Source: Octopus sinensis (Eukaryota). Taken from it: DNA of 64,000 bases. Of the stretch, positions 39,748 to 54,040 are shown piece after piece. Every line of letters starts with the position of its first letter. The first letter of the stretch is position 1. Both the position numbers and the translations under genes were made by a program. The notes beneath the pieces were generated by a model, which saw nothing but the letters and a program-made list of their open reading frames with translations, ran no database searches and was not told the DNA's origin. The DNA is taken from contig NC_043005.1 of NCBI RefSeq assembly GCF_006345805.1, positions 34,410,001 through 34,474,000 of the forward strand, given 5' to 3'.

Positions 39748-41520
39748 TTGCTCAATGATGTACAATACGGTTATAAAATGTTTGATAAAAATATAAATCA
39801 TCTTGTTTACATGGATGATTTAAAGCTCTTTGCAAAAAATGATCAACAACTACAGAGCTTACTAGCAATTGTTAAACAATTCAGTGATGACATCAGGATG
39901 CAATTTGGCCTCGATAAATGTGCAAAAGCTACCTTTATCAAAGGAAAAATGACAGAAACATTCAATGTTAATCTTGACCAGCAGAATGTCATAAAGGAAT
40001 TAGAACCAGTGAAGAGCTACAAAAACCTAGGGGTATTTGAAGGGGATGGAATCAAATATTCAGTGATGAGGGAAAGGATCAGAAGTGAATGTTATCACAG
40101 GGTAAAAGCAATATTCAAGACAGAGCTGAATGCAAAAAACAGGATCGAAACAATCAATAGTTTAGCCATACCAGTTGTGACTTACAGTTTCAATATCATT
40201 AACTGGTTAATTACTGAAATATGTAATTTTGACAGAAAAATACGAAAATTGTTGACAATACATAGAATGCACCAACCTAAGGCAGATATAGAACGACTTT
40301 ATCTGCCAAGAAAAGAGGGTGGCCATGGACTTTTACAACTGGAATTAACAATGAAGATTGCCACAATTGGCCTAAACACCTACCTGAAAAACTCTGATGA
40401 CTGGATATTAAAACTTTCTCAAAATATGAAAACAAGAATGCATCATACTCAGTAACAAAACAGGCAAAGGAATATCTAAGTGAATTCCAAATACAACAAA
40501 TTCCAGAGCTCAGAAAAAGTTAAGCATATGAAAACCCATGCTAAGACTGCTGCCTTAGATATTCCTATTGATAAATGGCAAAAAGAACCTCTCAGTGGCA
40601 AATACCCAAAGAGAGCTAATGGTGTTGACAAAGCTGTTACCCATCAATGGTTAGTGGCTTCTGGTTTAAAATCAGAAACAGAAGGGTTTAACATAGCAGC
40701 CCAAGATCAATGCCTACCTACAAGAAACTACCAGGCCAACATATTAAAGAACAGCAGCTGCCCAACATGGCATGTCTGTCAACAACAAAATGAAACCATT
40801 AATTATGTTGTCTCCATGTGCAGTTTTCTTCCGAGTATCTCAGCAGGCATGATAGAGCAGCACAATATATTCACTGGGTAATTTGCAAAATCATGAACCT
40901 ACCCCATGATAAAAACTGGTGGGAACACACACCATCCCCAGTGCTTGAAAATGATCACATCTCACACCTCTGGAAATTCACCATGCAAACTGACAGAAAG
41001 ATAGATGCGAACAGGCCAGACATCATATTGAAAGACTTCAGACAAAAATCATGCCTCCTCATTGATATAACTGTCCCACTCAATATAAACATATCTGCCA
41101 AGACCTACCAAAAACTGAGCAACTATAAAGATCTTGAAATAGAAATTGGCAAAATGTGGAATCTGAAGACTAAAACAATACCTGTTGTCATAGGTGCCCT
41201 AGGAATGATAGTAAAAGGGGCTGATTGCTACCTAGCTCAGATACTAGGAAACACCAAAATGGCAGAATTTTAAAAGATAGTGCTCATGGGAATTGCCCAC
41301 ATCCTATGTAAAATACTGTCTATGTAATCTCAAATTTTAAAACAAACTCATAATTTTATTATGTTTTCTTAAACATTCTCTAGAACAATAATACGGTCAA
41401 AACCAAATATATGACACCCTAGGTATAACACTAGCATGAACTTGTAACTTGTTGTCTCTTGAGGTATCTGGGTGAGACTTGGAGCAAACTTGTACAAATG
41501 CAAAGCAAAAGTTAAACATA
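39748..41520 (+). mobile_element. 5'-truncated R4/Dong-like retrotransposon flanked by (TAA)n
   Basis: INHLVYMDDLKLF (RT), LYLPRKEGG, AAQDQ plus knuckle, RPDIIL..LIDI and IPVVIGALG (RLE). TAA tracts at 39706-39747 and 41520-41537. Confidence 0.9.
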
Positions 41521-42195
41521 TAATAAGAATAATAATAGCTTCTTCTCATCAACATCATTAGATGGATTAGGTGCTGCATGATGGTTGTATATAGCTGTCT
41601 TAAATCAAGTTGCAATTTCACTTCCCAATTTATTTTCTTTGGCAAATTTCTCTGTGCCATTCTTCTTAAATTTTAGTTGAATTATACCATCATATATTCC
41701 ACAACATCTCTGTAAATATTCACAAGTTTAAAACTAATCTTTTAAGACTGAATAGTGTTTCTAGTACACAACATGATTGTAGGCAATAAATTCCCTCTCA
41801 TTATCATCACACCAAAGGAATTAAAAGACTCATTTGTAGCTTCTCTACCTGTGTGATTCTTTTTAATTTGAGAATCTTGATGTCGTATTTCAGCACTTAG
41901 AATGTCTTGAAAGATTATGTAGAAATTATCTGAGCAGAATTTATGTAAATAAGTGTATAAACTTAGATGATATAACTGCTTTATTAACTCTCATTTAATC
42001 CTAGATTAGATGAGATTAGTTTCCATTTTCAGAAACCTGGAGTCCATATATTTTAACCTAAATATTTCAAAATTATGGAGAATAAGGAAACAAATTATTT
42101 TATGAACATACTTTATATTCCTCTTGATTCTAGAAGAAATTACAATATGATTGTGTTCTTGTAACTTTGTAAGTTCAGTTGGTAAACTTGTATGG

Positions 42196-42248
<53 letters not shown>

Positions 42249-43730
42249 ATGTGTGTGTTTCCATATCCCTAATTTTAAAGTGATAAAATTGCATGTCCCT
42301 ATTGATTTAATGAGCAGCTTTATATTATTGTATTTTTCTCTTTATCTTTAAAAATCTATACAGGTTTAGGGTTTAGGCTATAAAAGCTGTAAGGTGTTTC
42401 ATTAATCAAGTTTTAGAAAACCATGCAGTGTTCATAAAATGTAAATTTGTATTGTAATTGTTTTAGATTACTCCCCTTAGTATTGTAGAATTATACTTTT
42501 GAAAGAATGAATTAATATAAACTATTTCTTGTTCATATTATCTAATTGGAGATTACAGATAGCTTTTTATACCCATATTTCACTGTCTCTGTTTTACGAT
42601 AATTGTTCAAAACCTGTGTGTAATGCATAGAATTATCTGTGTTTATTTATTAGCAACTAATACCACTATAAATATTTTATTAATTGTCTTCTTTATTATT
42701 TTGCAATTAATTACCACGAAATTAAAAACTTTTTCCATTTGCATGGTTTATCTCTTATCACATTGCTGTTTCTAGAACATTGGTTTTCCTATTCGCTTAA
42801 TAACTCACTGCTTTCTTGTTCTAATCTTCATTTTAAATTCTTTCTCTTTTTCAAAATAAAAAAAAGAAAAGAAAATGTAATTTGATCAGAGTTTATAATG
42901 TTTCATTAAATGTATTTAAGTATCACCCAAAAAGTAATGGCTTGGTAAACTACAATACCATGATTATTAATTATTTAAACCACTGTTCTGGTTAAATATT
43001 TTGAAAATAAAAGTCCACATCAATTGAATAATATTTGAGATGTGCTGGAACAAAGTAGATTTATTTGCTTATTGATATTTATATTTTAGGGTCTGGAACA
43101 TGTATTTTACATGCAAAACATTTTACACATAAACACACAAAAACATCAAAATAAATAGACAAAGAATTTTTTTAGGTCTGAAGGATGGGAAAATCATAAA
43201 AATTGGATTGAAATGTGAAAAAACTTCAACAGGACACCTGTATTCTAAGGGAGAACTAGAGTGAATGCAACTGACTTTGTTCCTTATACTTTACAACAAT
43301 AATTACAGAATTTTCCCACCAAAACCTTCGTTGATATCTTCTGCTATCAGATTTATCTGCAATATTTCATACTTTGGTTTGTGTTGATTCTTTTGGAGAA
43401 TTTGCACAGTCTGGACCCCTTAGCTTGTTTGTCTACAGCTTTTCATTTCTTGTATAAAAGGTGTTAATAAATAGATTATCAAACACAAAATCATTTCATG
43501 GCATTTTTGTAATAATGGTAATAATACTTATTTAATTTAAATTTGTACTGGCTCACAATACCCTTGTTTTGAATGCCGTGGGGGCATTTAAAGTAAAGAA
43601 TGCACATGAGGTAATGTGATGATTATTTCAGAAATAGATGTTAAAGTGTTATTTCCAGCTGATGAGCTCAAACCATGGTTTTTCATACAGAGGGCAAAAT
43701 CAATTGATGCTGAAATATACACATTCCTTA

Positions 43731-43778
<48 letters not shown>

Positions 43779-43954
43779 ATTCATGAAGGTATTAAATTCT
43801 TTGTGCCTACAAGCATGGCTGTGATTAAGAAGCTCAGTTTGCAATCACATGGTTTTCAGTTCAGTCCCATTGCATAGCACCTTGAGCAAGTGTTTTCTAC
43901 TATAGCTCTGGGGCAACAAATGATTTGCGAGTTGATTTGGTAGATACCATTATC

Positions 43955-45230
43955 ATTTAATGTCTGTTTTCTAGACTGGCATGGGTTGGATGGTTTGAGT
44001 GAAAACTGGAAAACTGGGGAACTGCATCAGGTTTCAATCTAATTTGGCATGGTTTTTACAGCTGGATGCCCTTCCTAACACCAGCCATTCCAAGAGTATA
44101 ATGGGTGCTTTTTATGTACCACTGGCATGGGTGTCAGTTACGAAATGCCAGCATCAGCCACGTCTATGATCTCACTTGGCTTATCAGTTCTTCTCAAGCA
44201 CAGTATATTGCCGAAGGTCTCAGTCATTTGTCACTGCCTCTGTGAGGCCCAAAGTTTGATGGGTGCTTTTTACATGCCACTGGCATGGGTGCCAGTTACA
44301 TGACACTGGTATCAACCATAACTACAATTTCACTTGGCTTGATGGGTCTTCTCAAGCACAACATATCACCCAACGTTTGAAGGGTGCTTTTTACATGTCA
44401 CCAGCACAAGTGCCAGTTGCATTACTCTGGCATCAGCCACGGCTGCGTTTTCACTTGGCTTGATGGGTCTTCTCAAGCATGACATATAGCCAACAGTCTT
44501 GGTCACTTGTCATTGTCTCCATGAGGCCCAATGTTTGAAGATCATACTTCACCACCTCGTCCCATGTCTTGCTGGCTCTAACTCTTCCACAGGTTCCCTC
44601 CACAGTTAGAGATCAGCACTTCTTCACACAGCTGTCCTCATCCATACACATCACATGACCATGCCAGTGCAGTTGTGTCTCTTGCACACCACATCTGATG
44701 CCTCTTATGCCCAACTTTTCTCTCAAGATGTTTACACTTTGTTGTACATGCACACTGACATTGCACATCTAGCAAAGCAGACTAGCTTCATTTCTTTCAA
44801 CCTTGTGGATGTCCTCAATGGTCACAGCCAATGTTTCTCTGCCATGTAGCATAGGTTGTTCACACACAGGCATCATACAATATGACTTTCACTCTGAAGG
44901 AGAGGCCCTTTGTTACCAACAGTGGGAGGAGCTCTCTGAATTTTGCCCAGCCTATTCTTCTTCCAGCAACTATGCTCTCAGAGCATCCACCTCTGCTACT
45001 GACTTGGTTACCAAGGTAATAGAAGCTATCAGCTTTCTAGTTTTCTTCCCTTGTATTTGATGGAGTCTATTTTCTGTACATTTTTGGTGTCAATTGTACC
45101 TGTGCACCTCCCACACACAAAAATTATTTTCCCTGTTAACCTTCCTCTGACATTGCTGCATCTTATGTATCCATAGCTTACACCATATACATCTTATGGA
45201 GTTATTACCCATGCCTTTTCTACTAATCAA
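43955..45230 (-). mobile_element. Old RTE 3' fragment (ORF C-terminal part plus triplicated end)
   Basis: Same tail and ORF-end sequence as 1-1371 and 19089-19690, decayed. Confidence 0.8.
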
Positions 45231-45250
45231 GCTAGGCCATACACATATAT

Positions 45251-45620
45251 ATCATCATCATCATTTAGCATCTGTTTTCCCAGCAGGCATGAGTTAGATG
45301 GTTTGAATGGAACTGGTAAACTGGAGAGCTGTGCCAAGCTCCAGTCTGATTTTGTCTTGGTTTCTACAGCTGGATGCCCTTCTAATGTCAACCACTCCAA
45401 AATTGTAGTGGGTGCTTTTTACATGTCACCAGCACAGGTGCCTTTTGGGAGTCACCATCACAGGTGCTTTTATGTGTTACTGGCACTGTCTACAACTACA
45501 ATTTCGACTGACGGGTCTTCTCAAGCACAGCAAACCGCCAAAGGTGTCGATCATTTGTCATCACCTCTGTGAGATCCAACATCTGAAGATCATACTTCAC
45601 CACCTTATCCCATATGAGAG
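45251..45620 (-). mobile_element. RTE 3' fragment
   Basis: ORF 45496-45687 ends WDKVVKYDLQMLDLTEVMTNDRHLWRFAVLEKTRQ, homologous to the end of ORF 16-483. Confidence 0.85.
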
Positions 45621-46396
45621 AGAGAGGGAGAGAGAGAGAGAGACAGATAGATGTGGCTTTGTGTCTATATTTGTCTCCCCGTCCCATTGCTTGACAACCA
45701 ATGTTGGTCTGTTTACATTCCTATAATTTAGCAATTCAACAAAAGAGACCGATAGACTATGTACTAGACTTAAGAAACACCTAGGTACTGGAGTTGATTT
45801 GTTTGATTAAAAACTTTCAAGGTGGTGTCCAGTAAAATCACAGTCCAATGACAAATGAGTGGGAAAAAGAAGTTACTTGACTGATCTGTTGCCGTGTGGT
45901 GCCACTTCTAGCTTTACCCAGTACTCGTCAGTAAAAGTGATAGGAAGCAATGTATGGAACATTATGGTTCCAACAAATTAGGGAACAAACCATCAGCAGT
46001 TAATAGATAATATCTATATCTAGACTGAAAAGAAAGTGAAGCCTTTTTTTTCTGCCCTGGCCTTTAAGTATCATTTTCTGAACCTAAAAATAATATAGCA
46101 TTGGTATCTTGATAAACAGAGCTGTGGTAATATAAATGTCCGTCATGACTACATACGCACACAAATATATATAATATAATCCCTATTATAATGCAGTAAA
46201 CTATATGTTAGTGTATGGATGTATGTATGACTATATAGATATATCTGTGTAACCAAACTTCCACTGAGAAGCAATTAGTTAACTCAGTCTTTCCACTCAA
46301 CACCAACCAGTTCTTATTGTGTCTCTCTGCCCCTACCTCTCTCTAAGTAACTTATACAACATGTAAGTTAATTAAAATAAATATTAGTCTGATATC

Positions 46397-47597
46397 TATT
46401 AGGCTGAGTAAAAAGTAAGCAACATTTTGAAATATGAAATTCATCAATATATTTCGACAATGCAACACATTTTTGCCAATAAAATAAAGTTTCTTTATTC
46501 CGGCAACATAAAAGTCTGGAGTTCTGAAGCTGATGAACACTTTGAGCGTACTTTCAGCATTGGTTTGATTTTTTTTTTTTACTTCCTCTTGCAGGAAACC
46601 ATCAAGGTGCTTGAAAAAGTGGTAGTTGGTAGGAGAAAGGTCTGGGGAATAAGCTGGGTGGGGAAGAACTTTGTAGCCAAGTTTTCTCAACTTCTGGAGC
46701 ATCATTAATGAAATGTGTGGTCAGGCATTGTTATGAAGAATGACTGGCCCGCTTCTGTTGACCAGTCTGGGTTGGAAAAGTAGCAGTTTTTCGTTCATTT
46801 TAGCAATTTCGAGGCAATATGTTTCCGCAGAAATGGTTTTTCTGGGTTTTAAGAAGTTATAGTGGATGAGTCCAGCAGTACACCACCAAACAGTCACCTT
46901 AACCTTCTTTATGAAGAGCTCAGGTTTAGGGAAGGTTTTTGGTGCTTCATTTTGGTCCAACTACTGCGAAGAATGTTTTTATTATTGTGCAGAATTCACT
47001 TTTCATAGCAGGTTACAATATATTTGAGAAATGGATTGGTCTGTGTATTTTCTGATTTTCATTCAAATCATGTGGTACCCATTTGCCAAGCTTTTTTGAT
47101 TTTTTGATCACATGCAAATGATTGCAGGCAGTTTTCTGGCTAACTTGAAGTTCTTTTGCCAGTTCTCGAGTAGTTTTATGTGGATCTTTCTCAATGATGG
47201 TCTTTAACTGATCATCATCGATGACAGATGGGTGTCCACTATTCTCATGATTTCCACTGTGAAATCATTTAAACCATTTTTGAGCTAACCACTCACTGGT
47301 CATTTCCTCACCAAATGTTTTGTTGATATTGTAAGCAGTTTCAGCTGCTTTATGTCCTTTTTTGAAGCCGAATAACAAAATTGCTTGAATATCGCTCGTT
47401 GACAGTTCCATTTCAGATGATTGTAACAACAGTGAAAAAAATATCAATGTTCATTTATTGATGTATTTGGGCAAATCTATGTCTGTTTTATCAGACAATT
47501 ACAAAAAAAATGTTTAAAAAAAATGAAAAACTCTGCAAAAATCCAGTACAAATTCTTCATGGTTCAAAACGTTGCTTACGTTTTACTCAACTCGATA
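46397..47597 (-). mobile_element. Full-length, frameshifted mariner transposon with both TIRs and TA target sites
   Basis: Left tattaggctgagtaaaaagtaagcaacattttgaa matches the reverse complement of right ttcaaaacgttgcttacgttttactcaactcgata. ORF pieces contain FKKGHKAAET, KVTVWW, ILHNNA and HPAYSPDLSPTNYHFF. Confidence 0.93.
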
Positions 47598-47689
47598 TGT
47601 TATCAGTATCTATTTCTCAAACTTCTAAGTTACTGAACAGAGAGGGATGCAACAAACATACTTGACAGGAAGACAAACACATACAAAGG

Positions 47690-48145
47690 CTTGGCTGTAA
47701 GGATATGAAGTTTTGCTTTGTAACTACATGGTTCTGGGTTCGTTCCTATGGTGTGGTACCATGGGCAGGTTTCTCCTTCTATGGTCTCAGAGTGATATTG
47801 CCATGAGTGTAGAACTAACTGGTAGACAAAATAGTAAGAGGCCTGTAATGCATGTGTGAGTGTGTGTGTGTGGTGTATGAGTGTATGCTTGTATCTCCCC
47901 CTTGTCTTAACATTGTTTGCCCACTAACTAAAAACAAGGTCACAGCCTATAGAAGTAATGTCATTGCTTATACAAACTACCTACACAAATGGTGCCATTG
48001 GTTACAATCTGCCATGTTCAAAGGAGTTGGGAAAATATTTCCTGGAAAAAGGAAGAGCATCAAACCATTGAAAATTTGCTTCCTCAATGTCCATTTAACC
48101 CATGCCAACATGGAAAAGTAGATTATAAAATGGTAATGATGATAA
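47690..48145 (+). mobile_element. Degenerate tRNA-derived SINE with RTE-like tail
   Basis: Head catggttctgggttcg, TG tract, tail catgccaacatggaaaag..(gat). Confidence 0.6.
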
Positions 48146-48894
48146 TGTGTGCCATCATCATTTAATGGCCATATGTGTATTTGGTGGGGTTTTTTTTGTG
48201 GGGTCTCCAAGTAATTTGCAAGGCAAAAACTCCTTGTCTGAGTGGGGTGCAGTATTGAGGAAGGTGGCATTGTGTCAGGTGTTGATGGAAGAACAATAAA
48301 GCATGATAGTGGGACAGGAATACATGTCTTGTTGTGGAGGTGATACATAGCTACTTTAGCAGAAAATGGAGAAATGCTGGCGGAGATGAGTTGTCTGAGT
48401 ATAACCTCAAAGTACAAGGAGATGGATAAATGGAGAACTGGGAATGGATGTGTGGAAAGTTTTGTGAGAGTGTGAAAGAAGAGTGATAGAAGAGAATAGA
48501 AGTGAATCAGTGAATGGTAAATACGGCTGGAGTCATGATTATGATGGAATTCAATACAGTTTCCATCAGTACTCATAAGGCATTAATGAACCCAAGGTTA
48601 GAGTAGAAGACACTAAATTGCTATATTGTAGGCTTGAACCCAAGACCACATGGTTGCAAAGTGACCTTTATAGTAACAGTACTATGTCTGTATTAAAAAT
48701 AGCAGCTAAATAGTCACCTCATATCTTAATAATGGTTTTTAAGCTAGTGCCAGTATATGCTAGGTTCATATTTCAGTATTAATATTTGTCTAATTTTAGA
48801 TAGAATATCTCCTCAATAATAGCTCAGCTTAACTACAAATTTATCTAACCACCATTACTTACATTTCTCTTATTATAACTAGAAACTAATTAAA

Positions 48895-49112
48895 TATTGG
48901 TTTCAAATTTTTGGCACAAAGCCAACAATTTGGGGAAAGGATTAAGTCAACTACATTGATCCCGATGTTCAACTAGTACTTATTTTATCAACCTCAAAAG
49001 GACAAAAGACAAAGTCAACTTTGGCAGAATTTGAACTCAGAACATAAAGATGGACAAAATGCGGCTATGTATTTTGCTTGGTGTGCTTATGATTTTGCCA
49101 GCTCACCACCTT
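48895..49112 (-). mobile_element. tRNA-derived SINE, (TTA)n-tailed family
   Basis: Reverse complement of the 17249 copies. Confidence 0.8.
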
Positions 49113-50219
49113 AAAAACTAATCAAACATTGATTATGTATTTATCATTTTTTAACTTTAAGATTTATGGTGTTTCACTTGTTCAGATTAGTTGAATACTT
49201 TTCTGGTGGAGACTGTCATCTTTGAGTCTAGAAATATTTCTCTATCAAATGTTATTAGGAAATATAAAAATTATCAAATGAACTATCAGAAATCTATTCA
49301 CAGGAAGAAAAGTTTTAATTAATAAATATTATAATGTGCTGACTTTCAGATCTTTTATTATTTTCTGGTAGAATGTAAGATCATTGTCATACTCTACTAT
49401 TATCAGAAATGAAATAATTCATTCCCTAATACGTGTTTGTGTATGTGTGTGTAATATGATAGTTCATCTGTCAAATTTGACAATGACCTAGACGCTGCTA
49501 TAGGCAGATGCTAGACCAATACAAGATTTTCCATATTCCAAGAAACAGCCAAGTGAACATCAGATTCACTTTGTCATTCTTCTTAATATATCCTGAGTCA
49601 AGATAATGTCAAGACAACCAAATGCAAATGATTGCCAAATGGCTAAAGAAATTTTCAGATCTCGCAGTACCATTTCTCTTCATGTATCTCCCAGGCCATA
49701 AATCATCATACCAGATGTTTATCTTGCTTCTAATCCCTGAAGAACAGTATGTTGCCCATATTGCCCCTGTTGACCTGCTGCTACCTACTTCAAAGGTCTG
49801 AAGATAAAGATTACTTATTTCTTTCATACCCTATTTAAATGAAATGTAAACATGCTCACTAACCATATGTTCACACATGTATCTATGCATGTATGCATGT
49901 ACATCCTCACTACTGGATGCCTGTTGATTCCCCTGGTTTTCATAACAAAGGTTGTCCAAAATAAACCCCACCACAAGGATATTGAAGCAACGCTCTTCAA
50001 TATCCTATTGAAAACCTTGAGATTTACATGGAGTGAATGTGGTTGCCTTCAAGATACACCTGGACACTCCACTATCTGAAATCTCAGATGATACTATATT
50101 ACAACAGGAAACAAATAAGGGTTGCATTATCAAACTCTTTTATTCATCAAAGGCTGGTGCAATAACTGCAATATTGGCACTTCAGCATGCCCACCACCAC
50201 CACCACTACATAAACACAT

Positions 50220-50262
<43 letters not shown>

Positions 50263-50339
50263 GAGGGTATTCTGATTAAATTTGACAGTTTACATAAAAG
50301 AAACAGAGAACAATATCCCATTCAAAAATAAAGTATTTT

Positions 50340-50680
50340 AAGATATCAGAAAATATTAGCTAGATTGTGGTTGGGAGATAACAATTTACTCAAAGTAGCC
50401 ACCCTCAGCTTCCATGCATTCCTCACTGTGTCCCTGGGAAGATCTTCAAATACCTCCTTGATCTCACCCTTAGTGTTGCAGATAGAACAGTGGGTGTCTT
50501 TTTCAACTGCACTCCACATATAGTAACCCATGAGATTATAACTGGGGTAAATAGGAGGCCAGAAATTGGAACGGGTGAAGTCATAGAAATTCTACAACCA
50601 CTTCTGATTCTTTCTGGATGTATGACAAGAAACCAAATCCTGCTGCTACACATATGACCTTTCCTTCAGCAACCCTCTCT
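50340..50680 (-). mobile_element. Tc1/mariner-superfamily transposase 3' fragment (possibly DD37D/maT-like)
   Basis: Minus-strand frames read QQD..SCHTSRK..NFWPP..YNLMGYYMWSAVE, a degenerate WPPxSPDLNP.D..W motif. Confidence 0.68.
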
Positions 50681-53539
50681 AGCTAGGCTTTGACCAGAGA
50701 GAGGAGAGAGAGAGATATGTGTGGTAGATAGATAGATATTTAATCAACAGAAATAACAAACTTACTCAGAGACTGAGAGCTTTGTGTATTGGCACTTATC
50801 AAACATTTACCAATGCGCAAAGCTCTCAGCTCTTGAGCCACTTTGTAATGTCTGCTGATAAGCATCATGGTGAAAAATGTTAAGAAATGTTTTAAGGGAA
50901 ATTTTCTTAATGCTTTTATCTTTTTATTTTTTCTTGTATTTCCTCACAGCATAGTCAAGTTTTATGGGGCTGAACAATTGCCAAATCATGCACATGTACA
51001 CAAAACAAGCCTCTCGTAATACTGCATTTTTCAAGCATGAAACTTGAAGTAGCACATATTCAGTAGCTCTGTATTCATATAAGGATATTTTACTCTTGGT
51101 GAATTGAGTACTTTGTTGCTGTCCAATCATCAAGTGTGCAGTGCACTGTGTATGTGTGTGTGCATGTGTTATGTATATATACAGATAGATAGATATTACA
51201 TATATGTATGTGTGAATACATTTCTATTTGATTTGTGCTATTGCTTAAATATCATAGTCACATAAACCTCGAGTTGTGGAGTGTATGAATAGTGTATGTG
51301 TATTTAATTTTTATTGAAAATTCATACTTATATTTTATATAGCATATTGTACATTTCTATCAAATATCTTGAATGTAATGTTTTATTATTATCATTATTG
51401 TTAGTATTATTCTATGTTAGGATCTAATTTTAAGATGGAGATGTATTTTGCAAAGTGTTTTTTATTTATTTATTTTTTTTAAATAGCTCTCAATGAAATT
51501 TCATAGTTGCATTTATTTTCTCTTTGAAGATATTTGCAACTGTTTTCAATGCCATTCAGCATTGACTGCTCAGCATCTTATAGCATTGTTTTGTTTTGTA
51601 TTTGTTTTTGATGTCTCTATGGGTTAGCTCAGTCTACTTGGTCACAATTAGTCCTAACATGGTCATAACTATTCAATTATTTGATAATTTAATAACCACA
51701 GTCTGCTTACATGAAGCAAATCTTATGGATGGATACCATCTCTCATGCAAACTATGGTAAGTGAAAAACATGAATATATTAACATATAGTACTTTTTTCT
51801 ATTACATGTTTAACAGTGCTTCTTTTAAGAGCATACTGCTATGGATATCTTACTTTAGACCCATGGCACAGGCATGTTTAGTTTAAAATAATATATTTAT
51901 TTAAAAATTAATATCACTCTTTGTCTTTCAAAAAATTACATGCCATACATTTAAGATGAAGATAGTTTAAAAAGCTACATTAAACCAAGTTTCACTGGTG
52001 CCAAATGATGTTTACTCTACTTCCATTGGTGAAAGTGCTCACATTTTATTTATTTTCTTCTTTGTGAATATTTCTACAATCATATTTGTGAAATAGATAA
52101 TACTTGGTTTAGTAAGAATTTCTTTCTACATTATTAAATCCAGAAATGTGTGTTTTAAATACATTGGTTTCTAAATTAATTATTTTAGAACACACTCTAC
52201 TCTGTCCAACTCCACACTAGTCTCTTAAGTAGTTGCTAAACATACAGAGAATTACAATGTAACATGTTATAGTTGATAAACATTACATTAGATTTCTGAT
52301 AACTTTTAACTCTATTTTCTTCTATGGTATCTCTCTCTATTATAAATATATTTTTTTCTTACTTTCTATCAAATACTATCCCATCTCTGTTATCATTTGT
52401 ATCAGGGTTTAGCAATTATTTTAAATGTAGATAAATAACTATTTACTTTAAATTAACTGACATAAAGCTTTAAAATAAGTTGTGGTCATGTGTATGAATA
52501 TTTATTCAAAAAAGTAGCAAATATTAATTGCTACCACTGCTTTTGATGAGAATAAGCATTGTTTAAAAATTTCTGTAGTTTGTACTATTTGGTAAATATG
52601 TGCCCCAATAGCCTGAAGTGATGCATACAAATATTATATAATCACTTATAAGTTGTAAAGATTGTGTGCTCCTTTTTCAATCTATGTCTTAAATTCTTAA
52701 ACTCTTATAATCATTCATTGAAAAATCAATAACCCTAATTTTTTTCAACTAAAAAACAACAAAATACTCTGAAATAGCTATGGACTTGCAGTACAACATA
52801 TTTGTAAGATTGAAAATTTTACCACAAATGGTTTGTACTTATGATAATTACCAAACCATTATTTAGATTTAATTTATCAACCATCATAGAAGGCTGTTGG
52901 GGTAAAACCTTATAGACTGAATGATGGTTTTCACACTGGACATTTTACCTGCATTCATTTTTTTTTTCTTCTTCCCAAGTGCATCTTAGGACAATGTTAT
53001 CCTTGCTCTCTCTGGAAGGTAGGTGGAAGCCTAGGAATCTGAAGTTCCAACTTATCAGCTCCACTAACTTTAATTTGGCCACAAGTACATTGCTCTTCTG
53101 TGTTTAATCCCAGAAGTCTTGCCACACTTAAAAATGATAAAAGCTACTCTTAAAGTGGATACATTTTAATTCTCTTCAGGGAACACAGCAAATATATTTT
53201 CCTGTGTGCATTACAACCAATTGTAAATATATTCAGCTGTCTTTCACTTGAAGTAAATGTTTACTGAATTCCCTAAACTTTAGGCCAACCTAATGTTGTA
53301 ATTTTCCTAGTTCTTTCCAAATTATTAAATGAACAACATTTATAGAACTAGACCAATTGACTTTGCATAGAATAAACATCCAAACTACTATAGCGTAAAG
53401 AAACTATTCAAATATACGTTTTGTTTAATAATTGTTGGGGATCATGTCCATTATCCTATTTTTCTAAACAATATCTTTCTCTGTGAAAGCAAATATATCT
53501 TGTAATGACACACACACACACACATGCACACACACACAT

Positions 53540-53571
<32 letters not shown>

Positions 53572-54040
53572 TCACACACACCTGCTTGCTTTGTGTATTT
53601 TTGTTAGTAAAACTATTTACAATGTTTGTTTCCATTTGTTGCCATTAAGCTAAGACAAATGTAACTCTCTCATATAACCATTAAAGTATTATTTTGTTTT
53701 GTTTATAAATTATACTTTTAATAACATTTAGTGTTTGTTATAGGAAGTTGTCCAAAATATTTATTGTAAGAGTCTAGACCTTGATTACTCCCCAAGTACC
53801 TCATTGATAGAATGTTGAGTGATATCAGAAGCTATTCGCCTACCTATTATATACTTATAGAATTGGAAACTGACATACCTGTACTGCTTATAAGAATTGG
53901 CAGAGTTTGTTCCGGTTGGATTGCCTTTTTATTTCCAACCATTACCAAAATGGCTATTCTTATGTTGATCAGTGTTTGTAATTATCTCTGCTAATGACAG
54001 TTCATTGTTCATTTCTTCTAACTTCAAATTTTTTAAATTC

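Noticed and set aside
49977-50005. 11-bp perfect hairpin ggatattgaag/cttcaatatcc
   Set aside because: Too short and isolated; plausible by chance in AT-rich DNA.
50951-51020. Strong acceptor (long polypyrimidine plus cag)
   Set aside because: Stops in two frames, only weak donors, and the open phase does not match the preceding phase-0 exon.
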